Shown: piece by piece, positions 38,850 through 53,109 of the stretch
Numbering within the stretch: the first letter of the stretch is position 1
How the letters are laid out: each line of letters begins with the position of its first letter
Source: Eledone cirrhosa
Taxonomy: Eukaryota
Direction of reading: 5' to 3'
Assembly: GCA_964016885.1 (NCBI GenBank)
Contig: OZ024743.1
Location: forward strand, 249,922,001 to 249,986,000
DNA: 64,000 bases
Program-made: the position numbers and the translations under genes
Notes under the pieces: generated by a model
What the model was told of the DNA's origin: nothing
The model's database searches: none
The model's input: the letters and a program-made list of their open reading frames with translations, nothing else

Positions 38850-39060
38850 CTGTCGAGTAGATTGATAATGGAGTCAGGTCCATAACTTCTGTAGGTGACC
38901 CTGAATCAATACTCTGCAAAACACGCTTAACAGTTCAATACACAATAAAAATCTAAATACATGTAAATGAAACTTCATAATTCTTCTTAGTATATACACT
39001 CTGCCTGTGCATTGAGTGCTCGTTTTGGTAGCACAACTAGTAATTTACTGAATCACATAC
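38850..39060 (+). ncRNA. Degenerate hammerhead candidate plus TTGAGTGC tail
   Basis: CTGTCGA gtagattgat..tcaggtc..gaccctga atcaatactctgc AAAACacgctta; long decayed stem II. Confidence 0.3.
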
Positions 39061-39536
39061 ACTATATATATATACTTATATACATATATATATATGTAAG
39101 TGTGTACATCAGAGTATTGAGAGGAATTAAATTCTTAGATGTAGAAAATCTCAAATGCAGAAAATAACTGTAAACACAGTTAATTGCTACAAATATTAAT
39201 AGATACCCCTATGGATGGAAAAAAGAGACCAGAGTATTGAACTTTGTACCTCTCAGCTGAGCACTCTGTGCCATTGAGCTAAGCATCATTCAATATATAT
39301 ATATGGGAGCTTTGGCAGGGAATCTGGCCTTAAAATACTTATTGTTGTTATATAAGGGCAACCACAAGTGACCCAGCTTGATGTCTAATTCCAGCCCTAG
39401 TAGTAGCAACAGTACTATATGTATATATAGACCTTTAACTTCTTGTGGAGTCGTGGATGCATTGTAGTGATATACGGTTGGGCATTTTAAACATGGCTGA
39501 GCCCATCCCTCTCCACGCCTGAAACCAGTTGATTTC

Positions 39537-39606
<70 letters not shown>

Positions 39607-40402
39607 TGTAAAAGAGATATAGAGGAAGAATTTACTTCAATACTGGATTGGTATCTTTTTTATCGACCTTGAAATGATGAAAGGTAAAGAAAACCTTGGC
39701 AGGGTTTGAACTCGGAGCTCAAAGAGACATGAATAGAGTAAAGCATTCTATCCAATGTTCTAATAACTCTGCCATTTCACATCTTGGTAGTACTATATTC
39801 ACACTCTATAATATTAATACTATACATTATAATCCATTAGACTGAATATAGTGTGACTTATGTGATTTCTTAACCTTTGACATCATCATAACTTTAACAT
39901 ATCAAAAACTAATTTATATTGCTTATTAAATTTCTGGAAAAGGTTTTGTTTGACAGAAATATGTTCACACAATTGGAGAAGGGTGTTATAATGTCTATAT
40001 GTTGGTATTATAGACTTGACTATAATACAAGGTCTTAGTACACTGATTTATAGTCAGAACTTCAAAGAATTTGTTAATAATAACAATATTGATGATGATG
40101 ATAAGGATAATGGTTTTTAATTTAGGCGCACAGCCAGAATTTGAGGGAAGGGGAAAGCTCACAGTATCATATCACCTCCACCACTACAACCATTATCACA
40201 ATCTTTAACAACTACAATCAACATCCTCAACACTACCACCATCATCAACACCATTGCTACAAATATCATCATCATCATCATCACAAATATCATCATCATC
40301 ATCATCAGTTATTTACATTTATTTTTCTTAGGCTTGCATCAAAGAGAAAGAGAGAGGGTGGGGGTGGGGAGAAAGGAAGATATATATATATATATATGTA
40401 TA

Positions 40403-40439
<37 letters not shown>

Positions 40440-40460
40440 GTATATGTGTGTGTATATATT

Positions 40461-40549
<89 letters not shown>

Positions 40550-40894
40550 ATATATATATGTGTGTATATGTGTATATATGTATATGTGTGTGTGTATATG
40601 TGTACTTATATACATGTATATGTGTGTGTGTACGTATATATAAATAAAGCATATATCCATACATACACATACAGACACATACACACACACACACATATTG
40701 TCTCCTCATCCCCACTGCTGAGAATCAGGGGGCAAGGACAAGGGCGCCAATGCTCTATATAAGGCTGTATGTCCATGGTTCTCATAGGAAAAAAGTGACA
40801 TATGTGGGTCTCAAATCCTCACCCGACCATTATTTGGAAGCTGACTACCATGCCGCAGTTTATCCACCTTCATCACAAGGACGAAACAATATTG

Positions 40895-40947
40895 CCAATA
40901 GAAAGGAACACTTCTACCATATAATCTTGCAGAACAAATACACACAA

Positions 40948-41007
<60 letters not shown>

Positions 41008-41060
41008 TTGTGTGTATTTGTTCTGCAAGATTATATGGTGCAAGTGTTCCTTTCTATTGG
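40895..41060. repeat. ~65-bp inverted repeat centred on a (TA)n run
   Basis: ccaatagaaaggaacact..accatataatcttgcagaacaaatacacacaaac and its reverse complement. Confidence 0.9.
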
Positions 41061-41095
41061 ATTCTGTCGATCGATTGGTTATTGATTAGGCGATA

Positions 41096-41206
41096 CCTGC
41101 TGATGAAGCCACATACGCCGATTATGCATTGTTGCATAATATATGCAGACAGAGGGTGCAGTGCACCCTACTGCTGCATTAAGTGTTACCAAAACTCGAG
41201 TCCAGG
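41096..41206 (+). ncRNA. Type-I hammerhead-like motif with a long stem II and a palindromic stem III
   Basis: CCTG-CTGATGA ... c(A)AAAC-TCGA-GTC-CAGG; G12 reads A (CpG decay?). Confidence 0.55.
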
Positions 41207-41362
41207 AACTATTATAGGCACCCATTTTACGTGTGTTGTATTAAAGCGAATAACTATGTGTATACTCTGGGAATGTATCTTATATTGCCTATTGAGTACG
41301 CTGAGATACAACCAGTCCTGGCATTGATAAAATATGCTGGGTCCGTCAACTCCTTATTATAT

Positions 41363-41692
41363 ATGGCTTAGTGGTTAGAGCATTGGCCTTGCAATCGAAA
41401 AGTTGTGAGTTCAATTCTCAGACCGGGTGATGTGTTGTTTCCTTGAGCAAGACACTTTATTTCACATTGCTCCAGTTTACTCAGAAATGAGATGATAGGG
41501 ACTGGGGTCCCTATCATTCCACTGCAAAGTGGTCGTGGAGGTGCCACAGCAAAAAAGTACCCAGCACTCACTGTAAATGAGGTTGGTGTTAGGAAGGGCA
41601 TCCAGCTGTAGAAATCAAGCCAGAATCAGTTCCCGTCCCACCCTTGCAAGCAGGGAAAAGTGGACGTAAAATGAAATGAAATGATGAAATGA
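41363..41692 (+). mobile_element. SINE family B, one internal 49-bp unit
   Basis: Nearly identical to 54099-54515; tail cccttgcaagcagggaaaagtggacgtaaaatga matches LINE 28135-28170. Confidence 0.9.
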
Positions 41693-41696
41693 TATA

Positions 41697-41895
41697 TAGA
41701 GTCAGGACTCCGAAGGCTGAGCTCCGACCATTTCAACAGTTAGATCCGAACTGTTCGGATCTAGCTGTTGAAACGTCCGGAGCTCAGTCGTTGGGGTCCT
41801 GACTCTTTTCATATTACCCACTCTACTACCCTAAGTATCGAGTACTCTGGTGCATTATGGTTCACTTTGTATCTTACCACACCTTTTTTGTTATA
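41697..41895 (+). mobile_element. Family E fold-back element (diverged variant)
   Basis: agagtcaggac..tttcaacagttagatccgaac / gttcggatctagctgttgaaa..gtcctgactct plus tail. Confidence 0.85.
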
Positions 41896-42359
41896 TATAT
41901 ACACGCATATATATATATATAGAAACATTTGTGTGTATATATATATATAAAAGGGTAAAGACTACCTTTAGTAACGAATGATCTTTGGTCTTGCACCTAG
42001 AAAGTTCCTCTCCAAGGCACACGATTGGGTAAAGTGTTTTGTGGAAGACCAGCAGTTGTCAATGCATACCAATCTCCCCTCTCCATGCCACAAATGTTGT
42101 CCAATGGAAAGACATCTTGACACCAGTGATGTCACAACTCATTTTTACAGCTGAGTGAACTGGAGCAACATGAAATAAAGTGTCTTATACAAGGACAATA
42201 GATCACCCAGTCTGGGAATTGAACTCACAACCACACAATTCTGAATCTGACTGGGTACCCAATAAGCCATACACCTTCTATATATATAAAGTGTGTCCCA
42301 AAAAATGTATACATACTTCAACAACAGATAAAATGTATGCATTTTTTGGGAAACCCTAT

Positions 42360-42397
<38 letters not shown>

Positions 42398-42959
42398 TGT
42401 GTGTGTATGTATACACACACACACACACACACATGCGCACGTATATATATATATTAAACATTTTGGAATTCTTTCAGAACATAAGTGTCCTATTATCAGT
42501 GAAGTGTTGTGGCAGAGTGTGTGAAAGAGAGTGGCACACACTGGCACAGTGGCAACATGAATAATAAGACGTCATTGTATATTGAGGCTGACTGGCATTA
42601 CATTCTCGACCCTGTTTATACAGCAATAATAGAGATAAGACCCACAACATAGGTTGAATAGATAACACCTAGAATATAGTCTGACGAGATAGGGACTTAA
42701 GTGTAAACAGATGAGGAGTTTTACAGAATTAAGATTGAATGTTCTCACACAGGAAATACAATAGAATTGAGTCATCATCATCGTCATAATTGTAATTGTA
42801 ATTCTCACCCGTATCATTATCACCATCATCACCATCACAATCATCATCACCAATATCATCATTATCACCATCATCAGCATGAACATCATCATCATTACCA
42901 TTCCTGTTATCATTACTATCACCATATTCACCAACAGCTTAGTAATCATGCCACTACCA

Positions 42960-42995
<36 letters not shown>

Positions 42996-43123
42996 AGAGA
43001 GAGATGTAACTACATCATATATACGATACATCTACATGTATATAGACCTGTAATACATACATACACACACACACATATATATTATATGTTCCATGTTCCT
43101 ACATCACATAACACACACACACT

Positions 43124-43171
<48 letters not shown>

Positions 43172-43760
43172 GCTTCATGTAAGTCTATCGTATATATACA
43201 CTAGATATACATATATAAACATGTAATCCATATATGCATCACATGTATTTAATGCTGGTTACAGAAATGCTTGATAAACAGTTTGAAATGTAGGCTCCAT
43301 TTCACATCTGGCTTGAGCCTATTACCACCTTTGTGTGGGACTATCCACAAGTCGGAAGGGTCCCCACAAAATGCTACAAGTACAGTACTGTCTGTCCTCT
43401 TTCTTATCACTAAAGTATGAAAAATATTGCACTTGAAATAATGCAAATGTATCTAAGTAAAATCAATCTTATCCTAAAAGATTTATCTAAGCATTGCCCT
43501 ATTTATCTAAATATTAGTCAATATATGATTTATATATAATTAATCAAATTTTTGAAGGATGGCCTAAATACACAATTTCCTATCATTCAGTTTCTTGGCA
43601 ACGTTTCTGAGGTGGGTCTTAATCAACTAATTTTGTCCTTTCTAATAATTTAAACTTTCTGCTGACAGTAATTAAATTCTGAAGTAAATAATTTCAAAAT
43701 AATTTAAAAGATGAAAATATAACTAATGAAAAAGAAATATATTTAAAAAAAATAATCCAC

Positions 43761-44003
<243 letters not shown>

Positions 44004-44789
44004 ACATAAATATAAAATCAATAGAACACAAGATTGCTAAATGTTAATTGGCGTGGTTTCTCTTAAAAAAATAACCATTTAAATAGAGAAACATCATCAC
44101 ATCATCTTTCTAATTTCCTTCTAGTTCTTCCTTAAAAGGTTGTGAAATCATTCACTACCAAGTACAAGCTATTGTCAACATAATAATAATGGACTAATTA
44201 GGCTTATATTTAAGGCAATTACTTTACACTCATTTGCTAATTAAAGTTCAGGAATTAATCTATATAAACAGCTTGCTCTAATTACTATGCTTCACTAATT
44301 AACTATCTTCAAAGTATTTAATATATGTTTCCATCTGATTACAGAAGTTTATGGGTTTAAGTTTAAAGATGGATTTCAGATATATCTATTATACTTCCTT
44401 TACATATGTTTTGATAAAATATTAATTGGGACATGGTTTGGGCCATTCATACATATTTACGCAAACACACACATTTCTTTCTCCTGGTCTCCTTTCACAA
44501 TGAAGGACTAAAGTCTGATACATTAATACATCTTTTTTCCTTTCCATACAAGCATAGAACTAATAAAACTTTGTGTAATTCTTCTCTGTGTCCGTTTTCT
44601 TTTTTTACCCCTCTCTCTCTTTGTCTGTCTATATATATATATACTAGCTGGCCCGTCCGGCTGGCGCCCGGCTAGGTATACCAGAATTTTATCTTTTCAG
44701 GAATCCCCTCTACACTCCAGTTGAAAGATACCGCACGCCCTGGTGAGCTCACCCTAGAGCATCCTACATACAATTGACCATGGAAGAAT

Positions 44790-45265
44790 CACTGATTTCG
44801 TAGCTCGTCTCGTGGAGAAGCTCTGTAGACGTTGACCTCTGGACACTCCTGTCAGGAGCAAGTAAGCTGTAGTGACTTAGAGGCCTACCACCAATCTCCA
44901 GAACACTGTTTTCAAGACAAATGAGCACCTCATTGAAAACGACATCGTACGTTACTTTTGGATTGTGTCTGCGTGTGCGGTGGAGTATGTCCTCAGCTAG
45001 ACTTTCACGGTCGTTGTTCCACATTGCGAGAGGGTTGGCGAGATCGCAGTTGTGCAGCCATAATAGCAAAAAGTATTGGCAGCTGAGAAGGGACTTTAGC
45101 AGTTGCTGCTTCTTGCAGGGTGAGGTGCCAATGGTTGTCATCATGTAACATACCACACATCTGGCAAGCCAAACGGTAAGTGGAACATTGATGGCCATTG
45201 ATGGTTCTCAGATCTTGGAAAGACTGTGGTCCTCTAATCTCAAACAGTAACAATGACGATAAGCC
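44790..45265 (-). pseudogene. Helitron RepHel fragment (region between Rep and the PIF1-like helicase), frameshifted
   Basis: ORFs 45005-45328 and 44764-45198 carry consecutive Helitron motifs. Confidence 0.85.
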
Positions 45266-45579
45266 GTCTGTGCTTTCGTGAAATAAATAGCTTTTTGTTT
45301 TTGTGTATGCAAAAATATCTGTATACAAATATATATATTAAAATAACAGATTAAAGTTTAAGCAAAGAATGGCTGCTTTCACCCTTAACGGGATCTTCTG
45401 AAACTAAAAATATCCATCTGTGAACGCAGAAGTAAATATTTCGAAAAACGTTATCTAATACAGGCAGCAAAGACAGACTCAGAAAAAGAGGGGAATGTTG
45501 TGCGACGTCATAAGAAAAAGTGAGGAATGACGTATAACCGGAAGTGTTGACATTTGAAATTTTAAAGAAGTGAATATTT

Positions 45580-45775
45580 AAATAATTGTTTCTACATTTG
45601 GCACAAGGCCAGCAATTACCCAGTGTATTACTGGTACTTTATTTTATCGACCCCGAAAGGATGAAAGGCAAAGTTAACCTCGGCAGGATTTGAACTCAGA
45701 ATGGCAAGGACCGTAACTCTATGCGTCAAAGCATGGCGTCCAACCCTCTACCGATACTGCCAATCCACCGCCCTT
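45580..45775 (-). mobile_element. SINE family A nested in the Helitron
   Basis: Full head-to-tail match to 4548-4736. Confidence 0.85.
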
Positions 45776-45940
45776 AAATAATGTCTTATAATCTTTTAAT
45801 AAAATTCAGTAGACAAAAATACCCTCACCTTTTTACTTGGAAAAAGTTACATCTATGGTGCAAATTTGGTGCTATTTGGTCCAGCCGTATGGCGGAAAGT
45901 TTGTTACCTACATACGGTCGTCAGCTTTATAGTATAGATA

Positions 45941-46142
45941 TATAACGAAGGAAGTGTGGTAAGGAACCAGGTGGACCATAACGCACCAGAGCACTCAATA
46001 CTTGGGTAGTAGAGTGGGTAATAGGAAAAGAGTCAGGACCCCGACGGCAGAGCTCAAGCCATTTCGATGGCTATTTCTGGACTACAGAAATAGCCGTCAA
46101 AACGGCTTGAGCTCTGCCGTCGGGATCCTGACTATTTTCCTA
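45941..46142. mobile_element. Family E fold-back element
   Basis: Arms ~46022-46079 and ~46085-46142; centre ggactaca. Confidence 0.9.
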
Positions 46143-46538
46143 TATATATATATATATTTGCTTATTTTTAGAAACATTTACTAGTTACAAATATCTCATT
46201 TCTCATTCTTATTCAGATATATAAAACATACACAAAAGTATAATACACACACATATACAATACATTATATGCATTTTCTAAAAGTTTTAGAAGAAACACC
46301 CAGCAACAGGAATGGTGTTTAAAATGAAGAATTTTGTGATATTACTATTGAAGTCAGTCAAAAGGATTATCTCTTCTACTTACTCATTTTTAACAAAAAT
46401 ATAATATATCTTTAATTCCATTACTGCTTTTATATGCCCAACCTTTTCCAGCTACATTCTTCCCCTCTCTCTGTACATACACACATGGTACTGGTCTTTC
46501 CACACCTGTGTATACATATATACACACATGTATATATG

Positions 46539-46577
<39 letters not shown>

Positions 46578-46764
46578 ATCATCATCATTTAATGTCTGCT
46601 TTTTTCTGCTACCTAGGGTTGGACATGTTGGCATCTTGCTTATATATGGTCTCACCTTCTACCAAGTGCACCAGCATGAGAGATGTTGGCATGTCTTTGA
46701 CATGACTGAAGGGCCCTCCCAATCCTTTGTATGAGAAGCTTTCTATGGCATAAATGCCCACCCA

Positions 46765-47756
46765 GTTCTATAGAAATAGTCGACACCTTCCATTACCTGG
46801 GTGACGAAATCAACAGTGGAGGAGGGTGTTCAGAATATACAGTAGCCAGAGTAAGAATAGGATGGAGAAAGTTCAGGGAGCTACTATGGCTGTTAGCCAC
46901 TGAAGGTTTTTCCCTTAAAATGAAAAGGATGTATATGAACAGCAATGTTACATGGTAGTGAGACCTGGGCACTGTGTGCAGAGGGACTGCAAAGATTGGA
47001 AAGAAATGAAGCATGCATGCTCTGATGAATGTATAATAATAATATACGTGAATGTCAAAGTCTAAATGAACTGAGAGAGAAATTAGGCATAAGAGGGATG
47101 AGATGCAATATACCAGAGAGGAGATTGTGTTGGTATGGTCCTGTGATGCATATGAAAGACAGCAGTTGTATAAACGTGTGCAGAGCAATCAAAGTTGATG
47201 GAAGCTATAGAGTAGGAAGACCCAAGAAGACATGAGATAAGTTGATAAAAGCTGACCTTGCACAATTGCATCTCTCAAAGACAATGACATAGGACCGAGA
47301 TATTCGGTATTATGCAATAATACAGAAGACATGCCTTCCAATGCACATGGACTCAAACATACATTTAGTAAGTAATTCATAACCACTATAACCCCTTCCA
47401 TACTCTCCCCACGCCCCAACACCCATCCACACACCTCTGTCTATGCCACCTTTACACTGTAAAGTCATATTGGTATCACAAAAAAGCATCCAGCCCACCC
47501 TGTAAAGTGGTCGTGTAGGTGTCACGACTAAAAGCACCCAGCCCACACTGTAAAGTGATTGGGTAGCAGTCACAACAAAAATCACCCAGCCCACACTGTA
47601 AATGTGGTTGGTGCTAGGAAGGGCATCCAGCCATAGAGACCAAGCTAAAATCAGTTCTGTATGAGCAAAACACGGTCACCTGACTTGCCTCTAATGGGAC
47701 AACCCAGCTAATCCATGCTAGCTTGGAAAATGGACGTTAAACAATGATGATGATGA
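46765..47756 (+). mobile_element. RTE 3' fragment with a long SINE-like 3' UTR
   Basis: IEIVDTFHYLGD..GGGCSE..RIGWRKFREL; ERRLCWYG; then tandem ccacactgtaaa units and (gat)n. Confidence 0.85.
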
Positions 47757-49489
47757 CATATATATATATGTGTGTGTGTGTGTGTTTGTGAGTGTTCATT
47801 AGTGTGTGTTAAAACCACGAGAAAGAAGTAACAATAATATTCCAACAAGGAGCTTTTACCACAGTATTGTTCCACCACTACTACTACTTCTACTTCTACT
47901 ACTTCTACTACTACTTCTACTACTACTGCTATCCCACCACCATCATCATTGTTGTGTTTTTTTATTTGAGAGAAATAAATTACAATGTATCATTGTTGTT
48001 GTTGTTATTGTTGTTTGTAATGTTTGTTATTTTTGTTAGGTTTAAACTAGATGAAGAGAAGGAAGAATACTAATGTCAATGTCACAGTGGAGTCTCTTTT
48101 GTTCTCCTTCGTTATTGTTTTTCCCTCCTTGTCTTTGCATCGTTTTTTTTTAGTTATATTTGCATTGTTTTGTTTTGTTATAGTGAGAAAGAAAGATCAT
48201 GTTAGGTTAGGATTACCTGAGAGCTGTATGGTAAAAAAAAAAAAAAAGAATAAGATTCAAGGTATGTATAATTTCCTGTTGACTTTTTACAAATAAATTT
48301 GTGATCAGGTGTAATGGTTCGTGTAATTGTGCTTGATTGTTGAAATGATAAAAAGAAAAATTGAAAAAGAATTTTAAATTGAAAATAAAAAATAATAAAA
48401 AAAAAAATTAAATAAATAAAAAATTAAATAAAATTTCCTTTTTAAATAAATAAAAAAATGAAAATAAAAATAAAAACTTAAAAGATTAAATAAAAAACAA
48501 CACAAGAAATAAAATGAAAATAAAATCCCCAAACCTTCCGACAAAACAAAATCTAAATCCTAAATATTTATCTAAACTAGATGATCAAGAAATATTTGAA
48601 TCTGTTTTATTAAACAAAGAATCACACACACACATTCAAGAGAGAAAGAAACACACACACACACATTCAATAAAGAATCATACACCCACACAACAGACAA
48701 TCTCACACATATGCACACATTCAACAAAGACTCACATACGCATACACATACAACAAAGACTCTCATACACAACACATACACACAACTGACAATCACACTC
48801 ACACATTCACCAAAGAATCACACACACAACAATCATGCACACACACACATCCACTCTCAACATTCAACAAGAATTATATTATTTATTTTCTTCCTCATTC
48901 TATTTTATATATTTCCTTTCTTTAAGTAAATAAACACAGAGAAAGATTATTAGGCATGTTAAACTTACTTTTCACCCCTCATTAAACACAAACCATGCGT
49001 CCCTCCCCTACCTTTCCCTCACTACCAATACTCCACATTACTAGTCATTCCCACTAACTGCACACTCATACATTCTCTAACACATCTTCCATAAATCGCT
49101 CGTGTATTTATATATATATATATATTTTTCCTCTATTTTCCTTCATATATAGATTTTTTTAAAACCTTATCTTTTTTTTCTCTATTTCTTTTATCTCACA
49201 TTTTTTGGTATTTTTAAATATAGTTTTTTAATTATTTCTTTTGTGTTAATCAATAGTTATTTTGCAGTTGTTGTTGTTGTTGTTGTTGTCAAGTTCTTAG
49301 TACTAAGGGTAAACACAAAACAATTCTGCTCTAATCAATTCGATGCCGTAACACCTGCAGCTTTTGTCTAAGTCGTTTGTAATAATAACAAAAACAACAT
49401 TAATGATTAATGATATTGATGATGATGATAATGCTTTCTTTATCCACACAGGGCTGACATTAACAAGATGGCACAAAATGATAATAATA

Positions 49490-49700
49490 ATAATTGTTTC
49501 TACATTTGGCACAAGACCAGCAATTTGAAGGGAAGGGGAAGTTGACTAAATCAACACCAGTGCATTACTGGTACTTTATTTTATTGACCCCTTAAGGATG
49601 AAAGGCAGAGCTAACCTTTACAGGATTTGAACTCAGAATGTAAAGGGCTATAACTAAATACTGCAAAGCATTTTATCTGATGCTCTACCGATTCTGCCAA
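49490..49700 (-). mobile_element. SINE family A
   Basis: Core aaggatgaaaggca..ggatttgaactcag. Confidence 0.8.
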
Positions 49701-49771
49701 AATGAAGATTTTTTTTATTAAACACAATGGAAAACATTAAGAACAGCACAGGACAAAACAAAATAAAATTA

Positions 49772-50435
49772 TTACAAAGAAAATTCCTGGATAGGGAGGA
49801 GACTTCTTAGGGCCACATGTGGACAATTCCCATAAAAGCCATGGCTACCCTGACCACTAAAGCAAGTATCCATCCCATTTCTTCTGCTCCAATTTATAGA
49901 TATATACTCAGGACAGGCCCATTCACTCAGACCTTGTTCACCACTCTCACCTACCACTCAACAAAATGGCTGGAAGGAAGCATTAGCTTCTCCATCATGA
50001 TATTCTTCTTCAAGTCTACCTTGAAAAAGTGAATGAGGGATTGGCCAGATGAGAAAGTGTTTGTCTCAAGCCCTTTCAGTTATATCTTCCATACAACCTT
50101 TTGCCATGGTCACCAGGTAGGTAGAAAATGTCTGCTCTTTCTAGCTAAAAGAAGGTAGCAGGACTATCTTTACAATCTGGTAGCCAGATCTGTCACACTC
50201 ATAACAGCAGATGTTTGACATAAACCCAAAAGTTTGCAATGCTCAGACAGTGGACAGTTTCACCAACTTGTGCACATCTCAGATAGGCTCAGCTAAGGGT
50301 ACTTCCATGCCTATAGAGTTTATCATCAACCAGCAATACCTCCCCTCCCACACACCAGTAGTAGTACCAGGTCAAATTTTAATGGAAAATATTCATCAAT
50401 CCTGGGTCAAAATTTTCTGGATGAGAGCAACTAGT
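49772..50435 (-). mobile_element. Decayed Tx1/L1-like LINE 3' region (zf-RVT-like), cut by the gap
   Basis: Minus-strand translation L.VDDKLYRHG..RC.Q.GETV.C..IANFW and MAK..W..LKGL..GQSLIHFFK. Confidence 0.55.
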
Positions 50436-50635
50436 NNNNNNNNNNNNNNNNNNNNNNNNNNNNNNNNNNNNNNNNNNNNNNNNNNNNNNNNNNNNNNNNN
50501 NNNNNNNNNNNNNNNNNNNNNNNNNNNNNNNNNNNNNNNNNNNNNNNNNNNNNNNNNNNNNNNNNNNNNNNNNNNNNNNNNNNNNNNNNNNNNNNNNNNN
50601 NNNNNNNNNNNNNNNNNNNNNNNNNNNNNNNNNNN
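50436..50635. other. Assembly gap (200 N)
   Basis: Run of N. Confidence 1.
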
Positions 50636-52019
50636 AACAAGATGTCAGATTATGCAGGAAAGAATTATTGAGGCCAATCCTGTAAAACATTATTTATTAG
50701 TTCAAGACGTTTAAGGCATGAAATAATTCACCTTTTTTACATTTTGTTTTTAGTTTGATTCCTAATTATTTGCTATAGCTTGGTAGTGCCACAGGTATTT
50801 AACCTAAAGTGTTATGTTAGAATATATTTGTTAGCTATCAAATTTCTGTACAAATACATTGTTTTTACAAAACATGGGAAAGAATACTCAATCATCGTTA
50901 CCCCAATGATACAAACCCAGACAGAGTAAGAGAACACTTTCTGGGTTGCAGAACCCTAGGCATAAGACACATCATGGTGCCAGTGGGTAGAATACTGCAG
51001 AGGATAGTGAGAGAGATTCACTGAAATAACCAGTTCAACTCACAGAGCTCAAACCTGCAGATGACCAACTTCGACCTGATAACAGTGAGTAGAGCGCTAG
51101 TACAGAGACTGTACATGAGCTGACAGAACATTGGAACATTTCAAAATACAGTTACAGCAATGCAGATAACTATAATAATAGTTGACAATTATAAACAATG
51201 GTTGAATAAATTGGGTAAAGAACCCTTGGAAACAGACAAAAAGTAGACTGCGATGCTTAAATATTAAAAAAAGATGGTAATTAGCTAAACTCAGACTATC
51301 TGCATTCAAGCACCCTTCACTCACTCATCACCCCCACATATCACCCTTGTTGTGCCTAACCTTCAAATGCCACACTAAACACTACCCTCAGCCATTCCCT
51401 ACTTAGAACATTAAACTTCTGGATTTCCTTCTTCGCTCATGTCATATGTACAAGATTGTCAAGCAACAGTTTAAGTCAAACATCAATAGAATCAATCTCT
51501 ACGGTCTCTGTGGGTCTGTGAAGGGTATCAACACTACCCCTTCCTCCAGACCTCACATGTATAACAAACACAAACACACTAGAAACTACATGGTCATAAA
51601 GCAAACCACACAAGCAAACTGTGCCTGGTCAGAAGAAACAAAATATGCTAACCAACTATTATTACAAGTTCAGAAACAATTGTAAGTGGAGAAGTTTTGA
51701 AAAACTGCCATGGGAAGTTATATTGAAAATAGATGACAGTTTTATATTGTTGATTGCTTATCCCTCGATAATAAACATTTTATCTTAAGATTTGGCTTTT
51801 ACAAAAAACAAACTAACAAACAAACTAAGCAACAACAACAAAAGAATCATTGTGCTCATAAGTGAAGTGAACATGGATAATATTGTGCATGCTAGAACAT
51901 CTCTGTGCAAGGCCATCAACATCTGCTACCTTAATTTTATTATTGTTTGGTGTTATTTTATTTTATTTTTGTATTTGTTTTGTAAGATTCTTGATATGAG
52001 ATCATATGTTGAAACAGAT

Positions 52020-52382
52020 ATTGTTATACCTTGGGAGGGTCATGTTGCCAAGAAAAACACATGCATCAGTTGGGTTTCACTTCATTTTATTAGTTCAGTA
52101 GCTAACTAATCCATTCCTAAGTTAGTTTAGTAATTGAATGGTTGTTTAATTGTCATATTTAATTATCAAAGCTCTTTTGCAACACATCGTGTGACCTTCT
52201 TAATGACTATTTTTTCTCCTCTGTGTCTCCTCTTTCTTTTCAACTTGTTCTAGTTACTTCATCTTGTCTTTGTAAACTAACCAAATAATGAATTAGTTAC
52301 CTAACTATTAATAAAACTAAAGTGAAACTCAACTAGTGCATGTGTTTTTATTGGCAACCTGACTCTCCCAAAGTAAAACAAT
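52020..52382. mobile_element. MITE-like element with ~110-bp diverged terminal inverted repeats
   Basis: ttgggagggtcatgttgccaagaaaaacacatgca versus tgcatgtgtttttattggcaacctgactctcccaa. Confidence 0.7.
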
Positions 52383-53076
52383 GTTATATTATTAGAATGT
52401 ATTTGGCCTACTGTCTCATGGTCCTGACAAACAGAACTTCAAATGAATTACACTGGAGGATAGTGAGGGAGATGCACTAAAAAAATTTCAAAGAACATAT
52501 TTGAAAAAGATGAATGAATGAATAAATAAAAATAAAAATTTGTTTTTCAGCCATGTGGTTTTTTCCATCTGCACTTTATTGTATAAAGTGGAGTACTTCA
52601 ACTGTTAAATATACCCCACCTCTCTCTTACCCTCTCTTCCTGACACCCTCTCACTCACTATGTGTATATCTCTAATTTTCAGTCTCTTGTAAGTCCAGTT
52701 AGTTTAGTTAACATTAGTTAGTCTATACCAATACTTGAACAAAACTATACTTCAACTAAACTATAAAATCAGTCGTTGTTGTTTAACGTGTTTGGTGCAT
52801 TTTGTTATAGATTAATGCTGCATACTGAAGCAGGAAATTGTGTTTTGTTTTGTTTTGTTTTTTTGCCATTTTTTATGGTTCGTTTTTGCTGTTGTTTTTC
52901 TCTGTATACCTTTTTTGTTCTGTGAACGTTGCATAAATGTCTGTTGCTGCTAGAAATGAAGAAATTCAATACTGACAACCTTTTCCAGACATTTTTACAT
53001 CATACACTCTATATGACTCTTGTTGCACTTTTTATGTTTTTACCTACAAACACATATATAAGCCTGTATGTATGTG

Positions 53077-53109
<33 letters not shown>

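Larger units (their letters stand above)
44644..45938 (-). mobile_element. Non-autonomous Helitron with both termini and an internal RepHel fragment
   Basis: Minus strand 5' A|TCTATACTATAAAG; 3' GC-rich hairpin plus CTAG|T; internal GPQSFQDLRTING..TYRLAC..GML.DD.HW..L.EA..LFAI / NP.AMW..LAED. Confidence 0.85.

Noticed and set aside
40835-40900. CTGACTA..CGAAACAATATTGCC as a hammerhead
   Set aside because: Two core mismatches and no clear stem I; too weak to call
50211-50714. ORFs spanning the N run
   Set aside because: Artefact of the assembly gap; the two sides need not be contiguous
50880-51720. Higher-complexity stretch that might be an exon or transposase remnant (also 61880-62070 and 62585-62790)
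   Set aside because: No recognisable protein motif or convincing open frame by eye; BLASTx would be needed
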